In this document: positions 53,328-63,258 of the stretch, piece by piece
Layout of the letters: each line of letters opens with the position of its first letter
How positions within the stretch are numbered: position 1 is the first letter of the stretch
Assembly: GCA_008690995.1 (NCBI GenBank)
Contig: VRMN01000013.1
Location: 62,001-126,000, forward strand
Source of the DNA: Porphyridium purpureum
Lineage: Eukaryota
Reading direction: 5' to 3'
Length of the DNA: 64,000 nt
Program-made: the position numbers and the translations under genes
The notes under the pieces: model-generated
Databases searched by the model: none
What the model saw: the letters and a program-made list of their open reading frames with translations, nothing else
Told to the model about the DNA's origin: nothing

Positions 53328-54401
53328 CTAGATGCTTTTGTCTTGAGCCTGTGCTCGCGAGCGTATTTGGATTTGGTCAAGCAGATTTTGAACAATCACG
53401 CGCAACGCCTTTGCGCCTGGAGTATCCGCTAGTTTGCCCTCAAAGATGCTCAAGCCCGTTTCGCACGCAAAACCTAGGGCCGGATCCATAGGCAGCGCAC
53501 CAAGAAAGGGAATGCCATACTGCTCACACATGGCCTGCGCACCACCAGTGCTTTTATGGAACAACTCGGAACAGTGCGCGCAATTGGGACACACGAACGC
53601 GCTCATATTTTCCACCACGCCCAAGATGTAGGTGCCCGACTTGCGGCAAAAGTCAACCTCCTTGCGAACATCCATAAGGCTAACTTCTTGCGGCGTTGTG
53701 ACAAGCACGGCGCCGTCCAGGTGCGCGTTCTTGAGCAGCTGCACGAGCGATATATGCTCGTCTGATGTGCCCGGGGGCGAGTCGATGACCAAGTAGTCGA
53801 GCGCGCCCCACTCCACGTCCCGCAGAAACTGCGTAATCAGCGCGGTTTTGCGAACTCCGCGCCAAATGACCGCATCGTCCCTTTGACCGAGCAAAAAGCC
53901 CACCGACATGACCGAAATGCCCGACTTGCTACACACGGGCTGCCAACCTGTGGCCGTCGAGCTGACTGACATCCCTTCCACACCGAGCAGGCGCGGCGCA
54001 GACGGACCGCAAATGTCGACGTCCAGAAGTCCCACATCAGCCAGTACATCGTCGTGGTCGTTGTCGGGCGCGTTCAACTCGTAGCCATTTCCATTCTGCC
54101 CGGGCCGTACCATGCGCAACGACGCCAACGCATAACACAACTGCGCAGCCACGGTCGATTTCCCCACGCCGCCTTTGCCCGACAGCACCAACACCTTGTG
54201 CCGTATATCTGCGCTCAAACGAGCCCCAATGTCCTGCATGACACGCTCATTTGCTTGCGCGGCGGCGCTCGCCTCGCCGCTCTGGCAGGCAGACTGGTTG
54301 GGGCATCCTGCGCAAGCAGCAGCACGTCCGGCCTCATCAGCAGATGTGCCAGGACAGTTGGCCGGCGCGTTCTCCGGCACGTCACCTCCACCTCCACTCA
54401 T
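53328..54401 (-). CDS. NBP35: Cytosolic Fe-S cluster assembly factor NBP35/NUBP1
   Basis: N-terminal CPG...CAGCPNQSAC ferredoxin-like motif, SGKGGVGKST, DVDICGPS, VIWRG, DSPPGTSDEH, ENMSAFVCPNC. Confidence 0.96.
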   Translation of the reverse strand: MSGGGGDVPENAPANCPGTSADEAGRAAACAGCPNQSACQSGEASAAAQANERVMQDIGARLSADIRHKVLVLSGKGGVGKSTVAAQLCYALASLRMVRPGQNGNGYELNAPDNDHDDVLADVGLLDVDICGPSAPRLLGVEGMSVSSTATGWQPVCSKSGISVMSVGFLLGQRDDAVIWRGVRKTALITQFLRDVEWGALDYLVIDSPPGTSDEHISLVQLLKNAHLDGAVLVTTPQEVSLMDVRKEVDFCRKSGTYILGVVENMSAFVCPNCAHCSELFHKSTGGAQAMCEQYGIPFLGALPMDPALGFACETGLSIFEGKLADTPGAKALRVIVQNLLDQIQIRSRAQAQDKSI

Positions 54402-54560
54402 CGTTGCTCAACACGCGTCAGTCTCTCCCTCTCTCCCTCTCTCCCTCTCTCGCTCGTGCGCTGTTGCTGCCGCGACTCCACTCGAAGCGCGGGCCGCGGC
54501 AATCGGTTTATCGGCTAGAACGGATTGCACTTCCCTTCCGGTTTGACCCTCGTGTGCGAG

Positions 54561-54585
54561 TATTAAATAACGCATTTATTTAATA
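54561..54585. promoter_or_regulatory. AT-rich inverted repeat TATTAAATAA-cgcat-TTATTTAATA in a bidirectional promoter
   Basis: Perfect 10-bp arms near the middle of the 300-bp divergent spacer between NBP35 and the Pol5-like gene. Confidence 0.5.
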
Positions 54586-54700
54586 TTAAACAAAGTGTAA
54601 ATATCTCGAGCTTTTGTTAAATGTGCTGCGGTCGGCCGCGCGGCGAGCGCGTGCACGGCAGCGATGGCGATGTGAACGGGTGCGGCATTGGGCGTGGGAG

Positions 54701-57700
54701 ATGGAGCAGATGGGTCGTGCAACGGTGGTAGCGGCGGCGGCGACCTCGGCTCTTCAGGTGCCCGAACATGTGAGGCTCGAAATCGAACAGTGTCGGAACC
54801 CGGATGCGACGCGGCGTGCACAGGCCGCGCGCGCGCTGGCACGAGCAACGACCGCGCACGAGCAGCAGATGCAGCTTTCTGATGGCGTCAACGCGGTCAG
54901 TAAGTATGTGCTTCGACGGCTGGTGCAAGGATTGGCCTCGTGCAATGAGTTTGCCAGGCCTGGGTTCGCAGCTGCGCTTTGTGCGGTCTTGCGTGGCGAC
55001 GAAAACGAGGCCACAGCTTCTCGGGATAATAGCTCCCGGTTAAGGGCGGTGGCCGTCGAGATCCTGGATAATGCATACCCTACGACGCTTTTCACGCTTG
55101 GGAAAAAGGCACGTGAGGCGAGAGAGGCAGCTTTGGCTCGCGTGTTCTTTTGGACGGCGTATGTAAAGTCGTTTGGACCGGTACCCAGTCGAGCGCCCAG
55201 GGAAGCAAACGGAGACAAGACACTTACGTCGGCGCGCGGCGGGTTGACAAGCCAAGGAAACTCTCTAAAGGAGCTCGCTTTACAGGCAGAAAGTGGTAAA
55301 TTGAGCTCGCAAACAAGGCCGTCCATCCCTGCAGCAGATGTGCACATGGTTGTTTCCCAGCTCTGTGAGCTGTCCAAGCTGACGCATTGGGGACTCCACG
55401 GTGCGTGTCTACGGATCGCACAATTTATAGCCCCTCAAATGTGGAACGAGCCAGAAGTTCTCGCGATGGTGACAGGCATGGTTGCAGAGCTAAAGACGTC
55501 TCATGTCGGACTTGAATGGGCGCTCTTTTTGGCCAACATGACCCCCGAAGTGCAGACAAAGTTTTCAATGGCTGGCTCTTTGAATTCATCCTCTGCCTCT
55601 GTGCTCAATTTGGTGTACGCGCCCTTCTCCAAGGGAAAGCAAGGTAAGAAGCTCCACGCTGCACTGCTTTCCGCGTTTGAAACAGGGTTTCCTCCGCAGC
55701 TCGATGAAACGAAGGCCTTGGACGTGCGTATTCCCCGCGTGTTTTCGCAATTGATCGTGCTTTTACGCGCGCATATGTGTAAATCAGACCATGAGGAACT
55801 CGCGGATGTGTCCATTTCCAAGTCGGACAAAGGGTCGGCGGAGACGGTGAGCGCAGTTGTCGGACTTTTCATCGTGCTGTGGACACAGCTCATTTATCCC
55901 AAAATGTTGGCCCCGTTCAACAATGCCGATAAGATTAATACGGCTCTGGCATGGCTTGGGACAGGTCTTCCATGGCTTCAAGGGAAGCTGGAGCTTGTTC
56001 TTTCTGACGAAGTGTGCGAAACACTTGGGAAGATATCAGTGACGGGCAAGAAAGTATTGATGTCGCACCTAACGGAATCGGCTCGAGACTGTCGAGTCAA
56101 GTTTTTTGATAGTTGGAGCGATGTTGAGGCTCTCGTAAGTCGTTATTTCAAATACCCGCATCTCATTGAACTGGTTGATGCAACGGCGTTCACCAGAGGT
56201 ATTCAGAATTTGAAAGAGCTTGTCGATAATTATGATACCAAGCTCGACGCGCTAACCCAGCGGACGATGAAGCTGATGCTGGAAAGCGATCTCGGCGGAG
56301 ACGAAAATAAGAGCAAGCACCGTGCAGTGTCCAAGCTCTTGCATCTTTTGAGCTCCTGTACGAAGGGGAGTAAGACAGAAGGCTCCACCAATAGCAATCG
56401 GAAGACCATACAAGCGCACTTGAAACAGCTCATCGCTCTGGCAAGCAAGGACGGCGCGAAAGGTCAGACAGTGACTACAATGCTCGATGCACTGCTTGAA
56501 ATGTCTCACAAAGCTCGAATGGACGTGCTTGATTTAGTATGTGAAGGATTCAAGCAACACGGTGACATCATGGTTCTCGCGCTAAACATGATCTCATATT
56601 TCAGGGAGGCTAGTGGTGATTCATCGGTACCCGTATCCGCCAATCTTGAGTCGTGCCTGTGTTCGGCGTTAAGTCTGTGCGCGTTGGCAGTATCGAAAGA
56701 TGGAGCGGACGATGTGAGTGTCGTCCAAGCGGAAATACAAAATGTACTTTCCCATTTTGATTCCCATGTCGACAATGGTGCGCAGGAAGAGCCAAGGCCA
56801 CAAATGCATGTGGACGAAGTCTTCTTCATTGAAACTTTGGCCGAATTGCTCGGCCTTGACAACGCAAATGTCCGCCGCATTGTGAACCGCATCTTCCGAG
56901 AAGCAGTGACGAGCGGATTGATTGCACAGCCAGGACTTGACCAGCTCGTGAAAGCGCTGGTCGGCCGTGAAGCGGATGAGAGTAATTCGGACGAAAGCGA
57001 TGAGGAGCGAGACAGCGACAGCGACAGCGACAGCGACGATGATGTGGCTGCTGAGGACAATGAGGCTGAGCGTGGAGGCGAGAGCGGTGATGAAAGTGGA
57101 AGCGACAGTGGAAAGTCTTCAACATCGTCGGAGCAATCAGACAAAAGCACAGAAAGCGAAGAAGCTGGGTCTGTGAAGGATGACACCAGCGATGACGACG
57201 AGGGCTTGGATATTGATGCCGTCGATGAAGCGGAGCTCGAGGCGTTTGATGCGCGTGTGTCAGAGTTGCTGAAAGGGATGAACGTCAAGCCATCGTCATC
57301 TGCGGCGAGGAAAGCGCGCGAGCAAAAGATGATGCATCGTTCCACACGCATCCTGCAGCTTTTCGAGGTTTTTGTGCGAGAGCTTTTACAAGCAGACAAA
57401 ACCATGCGAGCGTTGTCTCCACAGACATCAAATGTTGAGTTGCAGCTCATATGCATTCAGCTCCTTGTGACTGTATTGCAGAGTAAGGAGCTGGCGGAAA
57501 ATGAAATCGTCATGGAGAAAGCGGCACACCTGTTGTCGATTGGCCTCGTGAAGAAACTGAGCTCCAGAAGACTCGCGGAATCCGTTAATCCAGGTCGCTT
57601 GGGGAAATCTGACGCTATGGAGTTGTTGGGGGTGGTTATCGAAGACGCGATGTCCGCCATGGGAGCTCGGAAGGCGTCGAGCTCGGAGAATGTCCACCAA

Positions 57701-58426
57701 GCGCTGGGCGCGGCGGCAGCTTTTCTGGTGAATGTGACCGTGCAGCTCGAGTGCGGCGAGGAGATCATGGATGTGGTGGCGCGCTCAGTCTCCGATGTCG
57801 TGCGCGCATACAGTACGTCTCGACAAAGCCTCAATGTGTCTCCGAGCTGGTTTCTCGACGTGCTTCGTCGCGGTGTCGTGGCAGTGGAAGGCCAAGTTCA
57901 CGGTCTTCCAATCGTTGGATGGCGCTTGCTGCCTGCGCTTGCCGATGCGAGCAGAAATCCGCGCACTCCATTCCTCGCACATGCCACAATCGATGCGATA
58001 CATGAACTGTGCCGAATAGAGCAGCGCGCACGATCGCAGCGACAGACGCCACCCGATTGGGCACTCGTATGGGAGACTTGTCGAGCACTGTTCGCGGATA
58101 TGGTTGACTCGACCTCATCTTCAGATCAGCAAGGCGAGGCAGAGGGTCATGCAAAAAGGAAGAGGAGCGGAACGGCTTCTGCGCACCGCATCAACGGAGT
58201 GCTTGCGGTGGTCAAAGCTGCAATGGCGGCTGGCGGGGATCAGGATCAGAGAGGCGTTGCGAGCGTACGGGTCGCCCTCGAAAATCTTCTTCCGCTTGTT
58301 TCCAACAGCGCCGTGCAGAGGCGCGTCGCAGACATCATCACAGAACTTACCGACCATGAGGACACCACCCAGTCACCAATTGCCCTTGACGAGACCAAAG
58401 CAAAGAAGAAACGTAGAAAGCAATAA
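54701..58426 (+). CDS. DNA polymerase V/MYBBP1A (Pol5) family nucleolar protein
   Basis: YVLRRLVQGLASCNEFARPGFAAAL N-terminal signature, helical body, long acidic tract followed by FDARVSELL...RILQLFEVF, C-terminal KKKRRK NLS. Confidence 0.8.
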   Translation: MEQMGRATVVAAAATSALQVPEHVRLEIEQCRNPDATRRAQAARALARATTAHEQQMQLSDGVNAVSKYVLRRLVQGLASCNEFARPGFAAALCAVLRGDENEATASRDNSSRLRAVAVEILDNAYPTTLFTLGKKAREAREAALARVFFWTAYVKSFGPVPSRAPREANGDKTLTSARGGLTSQGNSLKELALQAESGKLSSQTRPSIPAADVHMVVSQLCELSKLTHWGLHGACLRIAQFIAPQMWNEPEVLAMVTGMVAELKTSHVGLEWALFLANMTPEVQTKFSMAGSLNSSSASVLNLVYAPFSKGKQGKKLHAALLSAFETGFPPQLDETKALDVRIPRVFSQLIVLLRAHMCKSDHEELADVSISKSDKGSAETVSAVVGLFIVLWTQLIYPKMLAPFNNADKINTALAWLGTGLPWLQGKLELVLSDEVCETLGKISVTGKKVLMSHLTESARDCRVKFFDSWSDVEALVSRYFKYPHLIELVDATAFTRGIQNLKELVDNYDTKLDALTQRTMKLMLESDLGGDENKSKHRAVSKLLHLLSSCTKGSKTEGSTNSNRKTIQAHLKQLIALASKDGAKGQTVTTMLDALLEMSHKARMDVLDLVCEGFKQHGDIMVLALNMISYFREASGDSSVPVSANLESCLCSALSLCALAVSKDGADDVSVVQAEIQNVLSHFDSHVDNGAQEEPRPQMHVDEVFFIETLAELLGLDNANVRRIVNRIFREAVTSGLIAQPGLDQLVKALVGREADESNSDESDEERDSDSDSDSDDDVAAEDNEAERGGESGDESGSDSGKSSTSSEQSDKSTESEEAGSVKDDTSDDDEGLDIDAVDEAELEAFDARVSELLKGMNVKPSSSAARKAREQKMMHRSTRILQLFEVFVRELLQADKTMRALSPQTSNVELQLICIQLLVTVLQSKELAENEIVMEKAAHLLSIGLVKKLSSRRLAESVNPGRLGKSDAMELLGVVIEDAMSAMGARKASSSENVHQALGAAAAFLVNVTVQLECGEEIMDVVARSVSDVVRAYSTSRQSLNVSPSWFLDVLRRGVVAVEGQVHGLPIVGWRLLPALADASRNPRTPFLAHATIDAIHELCRIEQRARSQRQTPPDWALVWETCRALFADMVDSTSSSDQQGEAEGHAKRKRSGTASAHRINGVLAVVKAAMAAGGDQDQRGVASVRVALENLLPLVSNSAVQRRVADIITELTDHEDTTQSPIALDETKAKKKRRKQ

Positions 58427-58497
58427 GATGGCTGCTCTCAGGCAGTACGTGTCAAAAAACGAAGGGTGAAGACGCACGTCATGCGGTGCCTTGTGGC

Positions 58498-59427
58498 CTA
58501 ATTGTAGAGCAATGCATCAAAGTTCAGAATCCATGTGCAACATGTCCAAGTCATAAAGTATGAGAATGCCTGGGCAAGAAGCAAAAGCGCGCAGCGTATG
58601 TCTCGCTGGCGGATAACCAACAGCATTCCGCCAAAGTTCGGGAGCTGAAGAACGTTGCATACCACATGGGCGATGATCGGAGCGCCCACTGACCTTGTTT
58701 GCGCGTACAGCCAGCCGGCAAACAAGCCGAATGCTAGGGTGTAGGCTAGCTGGAACAATGTCACCACTGCTATCTGGTGTTTGCTAGTACTGCTCTCCCG
58801 CAACCGCTCCACGACATGGTGCGCGTGTGCGATTGCGAACAGAGCAGCTGGCAACGATACAGCGACCCAAGTTCCAAATGAGCAGTGAGGACATTCTAAC
58901 AGCACGCGCACACAAGCCGCGCGGAAAGCCAATTCCTCAGACAACGGCGCAAGCACATAATTACGCGCCGCAATCCATCCACGCTCCGGGAAAAACGCAG
59001 ACGACCACGATGTCCATCTGCCTTGCTCCTGGTCAACACTTGCGCTCATAACCGTGTAACAAATGTCCGGCACATAAATCGCGAGCGTCAACGCCAAGGA
59101 AGAACATGTTGCCAAAAGCGCGCGACGCAGGTCAATACCGTTGAGCACCTCCTCAACACAGGTCATGGAATCATAGTTGTTCTGCGTCACGCACAGCCAC
59201 AACGAGAGGAGCTCGCACAGCAATGTAGCAAGTAGCGCAACGGCGAGCGTCGCTAGCGAGCGTACGCGCACACCCGCTGGCGAATTGCGAGGTAGTTTTT
59301 GAATCGCGGGCACGTACAGGACGCTGACAAAGGCGAGCGCCACACAAACGACGCCGACGACCGCCGCGACGCAGGGTATTTGAGGCGACGGCGGCGGTGG
59401 TGGCCACGATACGAAGCCGGTCACCAT
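58498..59427 (-). CDS. RCE1: CAAX prenyl protease 2 (RCE1, Abi/CPBP family)
   Basis: RNYVLAPLSEELAFRA, FAIAHAHH, FQLAYTLAFG, PIIAHVVCN. Confidence 0.92.
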   Translation of the reverse strand: MVTGFVSWPPPPPSPQIPCVAAVVGVVCVALAFVSVLYVPAIQKLPRNSPAGVRVRSLATLAVALLATLLCELLSLWLCVTQNNYDSMTCVEEVLNGIDLRRALLATCSSLALTLAIYVPDICYTVMSASVDQEQGRWTSWSSAFFPERGWIAARNYVLAPLSEELAFRAACVRVLLECPHCSFGTWVAVSLPAALFAIAHAHHVVERLRESSTSKHQIAVVTLFQLAYTLAFGLFAGWLYAQTRSVGAPIIAHVVCNVLQLPNFGGMLLVIRQRDIRCALLLLAQAFSYFMTWTCCTWILNFDALLYN

Positions 59428-59437
59428 GCGATGTAAA

Positions 59438-59746
59438 ATGGCGTTTGCTGGACTCGCGCAACCGTCCTTCGTCACCGATAGCCTGTCGCGAAGTGCTTGC
59501 TGTCTTTTCGCGCGTCCTACTGGACCAGCAGTGCGACGTCGGCAGATGCCGCTTGTGGTGGCGGCATCACCAACTGACCAATTTCTTGCACCAGAGTACA
59601 AACAGGCGCTAGCTGTGCTGCTTGCGGCTTCAGCGTTGCTCGCAGTGCGTGTTGGGGGCAAGAGCACAAAGAAGCGTCCGGCTGATGCCAAGCCTACGGT
59701 TTTTCGCCGGGCGGAAAGCATCAAGGGAGATTCTGAAGAAGATTGA
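59438..59746 (+). CDS. Small single-TM protein with plastid-type transit peptide
   Basis: MAFAG start, Ser/Arg-rich acid-poor leader ending in LVVAA, one hydrophobic helix (ALAVLLAASALLAV), basic then acidic tail. Confidence 0.55.
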   Translation: MAFAGLAQPSFVTDSLSRSACCLFARPTGPAVRRRQMPLVVAASPTDQFLAPEYKQALAVLLAASALLAVRVGGKSTKKRPADAKPTVFRRAESIKGDSEED

Positions 59747-60062
59747 CACCCTGTGACGAAGATCGCCTGCACGCTAGAACAGGGACAGTATGATGATGCT
59801 ACACATGGTGACGATCAAGTGAGCTGTACAAGCACACGAAGGACCTGACAAGGAGAACAGAATGCTTTACCTCGGTAAGGTCTTGAGGATCCGAGATTTG
59901 AGTCCACACCGGTCACTCGCCTGGAGTGAGAAAGACATTCGAAAGAGTAAAATCGAGATGTGACTAGATTTGCGTGCAACAGCCAGAATTGCGTGAAGAT
60001 CGGAAGAAGCGCACTCGCGCACGCCTTGGACGCTGGTCGCAGATTCCTTCCGAGCAACACGC

Positions 60063-61364
60063 ATGAATGAGGAGGATGTAAATCCACCGCTGCGCGTCGC
60101 AGCGGCACGGATACAGAAGCGCGTCCTGGTCCGAAGACATGTGTGGTGGGCTGTCGGGTTCGCTAGCGTGTGTCTGCTGTTAGTCATTGGTTTGGCGCAG
60201 CACGTCCCGGCGTCGTGGAAGGGAGTTGGAAGCGCGGAAGGAAAGGCCCCTGCTCAAGCACGTCTCGGTGCGACAGGTATTCGCAACAAGAAGGTCAAGT
60301 TTGGGTCATGTCCCGGCGACTATTTGGAAGGAACGGTGGAGCTTCTGGTTCGCGCGATGCCCGCGCCTTTTGACGCTGAGTATGTGCGAGACCCTGGGCC
60401 AGAGGAAGTGGACGTACTGATCAAGACAGACGCGTACGGAAAATGCGCCAAGGTGCAAGGTCACGGGTCGCTGATGGACGTGATCCGGCCAAAGTACAAG
60501 CATCTGGGTATTATTCCGCGCGTAAGCGCTGTCATGGAGCCGTACGGTGCGACGAGCCTTCCCATTAGGGATCGAGTTGTGCTTCATGCGTGCCGTCCGA
60601 ACGTCGGTAGGCGCATTGCAGCCTCGGTGAACGATAGTGAGCTGGATATTATTCATGCCCCGTACGCTCTGATCCACTTCGGAGAGCGGCAGGGAGCCCT
60701 GACGCCGGAGGACCTGATCCGGACCGGTGTATATAGGGCAAAGCACGCGGAAGAGGTCCTCAAATCGAAAACGGGATTCGCAGTGTTCGCGGCTCGCAAG
60801 TGCGGGCTCGCCGACGGCGAGCATGGATCTGTGGGGCGACGATATGCCGTGGCAAGGACCGCGCTTTTTGACCAGTTGACCGCAAGGTACAAGCCTGTCG
60901 ATGCCATTTCAAACTGCCGGCGGAATGCTCAGCCGCGCCGTGAAAAGCCTCCGTCGCATTTGAACACAGACCGCAACCTTGCCATCTGGTGGTACCAACC
61001 GTTCAAGTTTTCATTCGCAACCGAGAACCAGGAGCACCCTGGGTACATTACGGAAAAGCTGATCAACAGTTACGCTGCGAATACCGTACCGATCTACTAC
61101 GGCGATTTTGAACTCGAGCGGTTAAGTATTAATCCGGATGCAGTCGTGTTGTGCCGTCCGGAAGTGTCCGCCGTGGACTCCGGCATGAATTTTTCCCAGT
61201 GCATTGAAGAAATCATGCGACTGGACGGCGACCACACCGCCTTCCTGGCCAAACTCAGACAGCCGCTGTTTACTGGCAACCAGCTTCCGTCTTGGATGAC
61301 ATTTGAGTATTATGCAAACGAGCTAGCCATCCGTTTGCGTCTGCATGCCATTCCGGATAGCTAG
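60063..61364 (+). CDS. Glycosyltransferase family 10 (alpha-1,3/4-fucosyltransferase-like), type II membrane protein
   Basis: FKFSFATENQEHPGYITEKLINSYAANTVPIYYG is the GT10 motif. N-terminal TM segment. Confidence 0.92.
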   Translation: MNEEDVNPPLRVAAARIQKRVLVRRHVWWAVGFASVCLLLVIGLAQHVPASWKGVGSAEGKAPAQARLGATGIRNKKVKFGSCPGDYLEGTVELLVRAMPAPFDAEYVRDPGPEEVDVLIKTDAYGKCAKVQGHGSLMDVIRPKYKHLGIIPRVSAVMEPYGATSLPIRDRVVLHACRPNVGRRIAASVNDSELDIIHAPYALIHFGERQGALTPEDLIRTGVYRAKHAEEVLKSKTGFAVFAARKCGLADGEHGSVGRRYAVARTALFDQLTARYKPVDAISNCRRNAQPRREKPPSHLNTDRNLAIWWYQPFKFSFATENQEHPGYITEKLINSYAANTVPIYYGDFELERLSINPDAVVLCRPEVSAVDSGMNFSQCIEEIMRLDGDHTAFLAKLRQPLFTGNQLPSWMTFEYYANELAIRLRLHAIPDS

Positions 61365-61624
61365 AAAGAAGGATAACGCAGTCAGCCACTCTGTCTGCCT
61401 GGCAAAGCGTGAAAGAGCATCTCTGTACTGCGAGCGGTTTCCGACAAACAAGTTATGAATTTAATATTCGTTTGCTATCTCCGAGCGTGTGGCTTTAATA
61501 ACCGCGTCAACAAAGCGTACAACTTTGCTTACGCCAAAGAGAAAAGTTACGGAAAGTTTTTTCTCCCGCAGCGCAAGCTCATGCACTCATTGATGATGCG
61601 TGTAGATCTCTCAGAATAGCTCGG

Positions 61625-63217
61625 CTAAGCCTTAAAAATGGGAGCAAACATGGGACGAAGCTCGGCAAAGACGTCTTCAGGATGCCGCGAGGCATTGACC
61701 TCTGTCAATTGGCCGCTTGCTTTGTAGTAGTCGAGAATCGGACCGGTGTGGTAAACATAGGTCTTCCATCGCTTTTCAAAGCGCTCCTTGGGGTCAAATG
61801 TCGTGTACCTGCGCATGCCGGACATCATGCGCTCCATGGCCACTTCCTTGCGGACGTGGAAGTGGATCGCGCCGCGAAAGCCGACCATCTCCTTCTCAAA
61901 CAAACCGGCCTGATCAATCTTTCGCGGAAACCCGTCGAGCAGAATGCCAGGGCCTGTCACAAACTGGAATGCCTTCTTCAGAAGGCGGATCGTGATTTCG
62001 CTTGGCACCGCCTGTCCCTTTAAAATGCATTCTGTGATGGCTTTTCCCTCTGCGCTCTTCCCTTCCACCTCGGCACGCAGCACATCACGGGCTTGAATCC
62101 AAGTCCACCCGAACTCCTTGGCGATGCGCTCACAGGCAATGTCCTTACCTGAATTGCGCGCGCCGAAAACGAACAGGACTGGCTTCACCACTGGGTCCGG
62201 GTGATGCATTTCCAGGAATTTGGCGAGATACTCGACCGGGTCTGCAGGTTGCTCCACCGCAATTTTCTGCATTCCTGCCTTGATCAAGGGAGCCACCGTC
62301 AGACTCAGGTATTGCCGCGCCTGCTCAAGCGTCATCTCACGGTTCTTTGCGACATCGACGTCCTTCATTCTGTCTAACCCCTTTCCAAAAGCATCCGCGT
62401 CTGCCGCGGTGAGCTCTCGCCCATCATCGGGCATGATTTCAGGCTCGACGGCGGGAGCAGCTGGTAAAGGCTCGGCCGCCGAGAATGTCTCAGCAGGCAT
62501 TTCCTGTGCAACTGCCTTGATCGCTGCGTCCCTCGGTGCCATCGCGTCATCAATGGCTGCGTCGAGTTCGTCCTTGGAGTCATCAATTCGATCCTGCGCC
62601 GCGGCAGTGGCTGCTACATCATCCGGGCCCGGTGTCAGGCCTTCTGGCTCTGCGATTACCGGCGACGGTTCCGGCTCGGGCTCCGGCGCCGCTTCGGGCT
62701 CGGCCATCGCTGGGGCCGGCTTCTCCGCATCTTCCGGCACCTCCGCGTTCTCGGGCTCGTCTGCCTGCTCCACGTTCTCGAACTCATCTGTCGGCTCCAC
62801 GTTCTCGAACTCGTCTGTCGGCTCCACGTTCTCGAACTCGTCTGTCGGCTCCACATTCTCGGGCTCGTCTGTTTGTTCCACGTTCTCGGGCTCGTCTGTT
62901 TGTTCCACATTCTCGAACTCGTCTGTTTGTTCCACGTTCTCGGGCTCGTCCTGATCCTCCGCGTTCTCCGGCTCCTCCGGCGCCAAGTATGGCTCGACGT
63001 CCTCCTCCGATGCCTCAACCGGCGCCGCCATCTCCTCCGGCGCATCCTCTTCAGCCTGCTCGTCAACGTCCGCAACGCCCATCGGCGGCGGCGGCGGAGG
63101 CGGAGCCGCGGCCTCTGCGTCAGCCCCTACCACTGCCGGTAGCGGCGGCGCTTCCGATCCATCCATGCCCGCTTCCATAGGCATCGACGGCGGTGGCGGT
63201 GGTGGAGGCGACGACAT
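61625..63217 (-). CDS. Acidic-repeat / Dpy-30 motif / adenylate (UMP-CMP) kinase-like protein
   Basis: ARQYLSLTVAPLIKAGMQKIAVEQPADPVEYLAKFL (Dpy-30/RIIa type), then an NMP-kinase fold (VFGARNSGKD, VPSEITIRLL, LLDGFPR, KRWKTY..PILDYY). Confidence 0.85.
   Translation of the reverse strand: MSSPPPPPPPSMPMEAGMDGSEAPPLPAVVGADAEAAAPPPPPPPMGVADVDEQAEEDAPEEMAAPVEASEEDVEPYLAPEEPENAEDQDEPENVEQTDEFENVEQTDEPENVEQTDEPENVEPTDEFENVEPTDEFENVEPTDEFENVEQADEPENAEVPEDAEKPAPAMAEPEAAPEPEPEPSPVIAEPEGLTPGPDDVAATAAAQDRIDDSKDELDAAIDDAMAPRDAAIKAVAQEMPAETFSAAEPLPAAPAVEPEIMPDDGRELTAADADAFGKGLDRMKDVDVAKNREMTLEQARQYLSLTVAPLIKAGMQKIAVEQPADPVEYLAKFLEMHHPDPVVKPVLFVFGARNSGKDIACERIAKEFGWTWIQARDVLRAEVEGKSAEGKAITECILKGQAVPSEITIRLLKKAFQFVTGPGILLDGFPRKIDQAGLFEKEMVGFRGAIHFHVRKEVAMERMMSGMRRYTTFDPKERFEKRWKTYVYHTGPILDYYKASGQLTEVNASRHPEDVFAELRPMFAPIFKA
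62741..62975 (-). repeat. 27-bp coding minisatellite (E[PF]ENVE[QP]TD, about 9 units)
   Basis: Tandem units such as tccacgttctcgaactcgtctgtcggc on the + strand. Confidence 0.95.
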
Positions 63218-63258
63218 TCTCCCTCTCTCTCTCTCTCTCTCTCCCCTCTCTCTCTCTC
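63218..63258. repeat. (CT)n microsatellite abutting the start codon (GA-rich leader on the coding strand)
   Basis: Directly visible. Confidence 0.9.

Noticed and set aside
59428..59772. 115-aa N-terminal extension of RCE1
   Set aside because: GTG start and low-information sequence. It is better explained as the antisense of the small + strand ORF.
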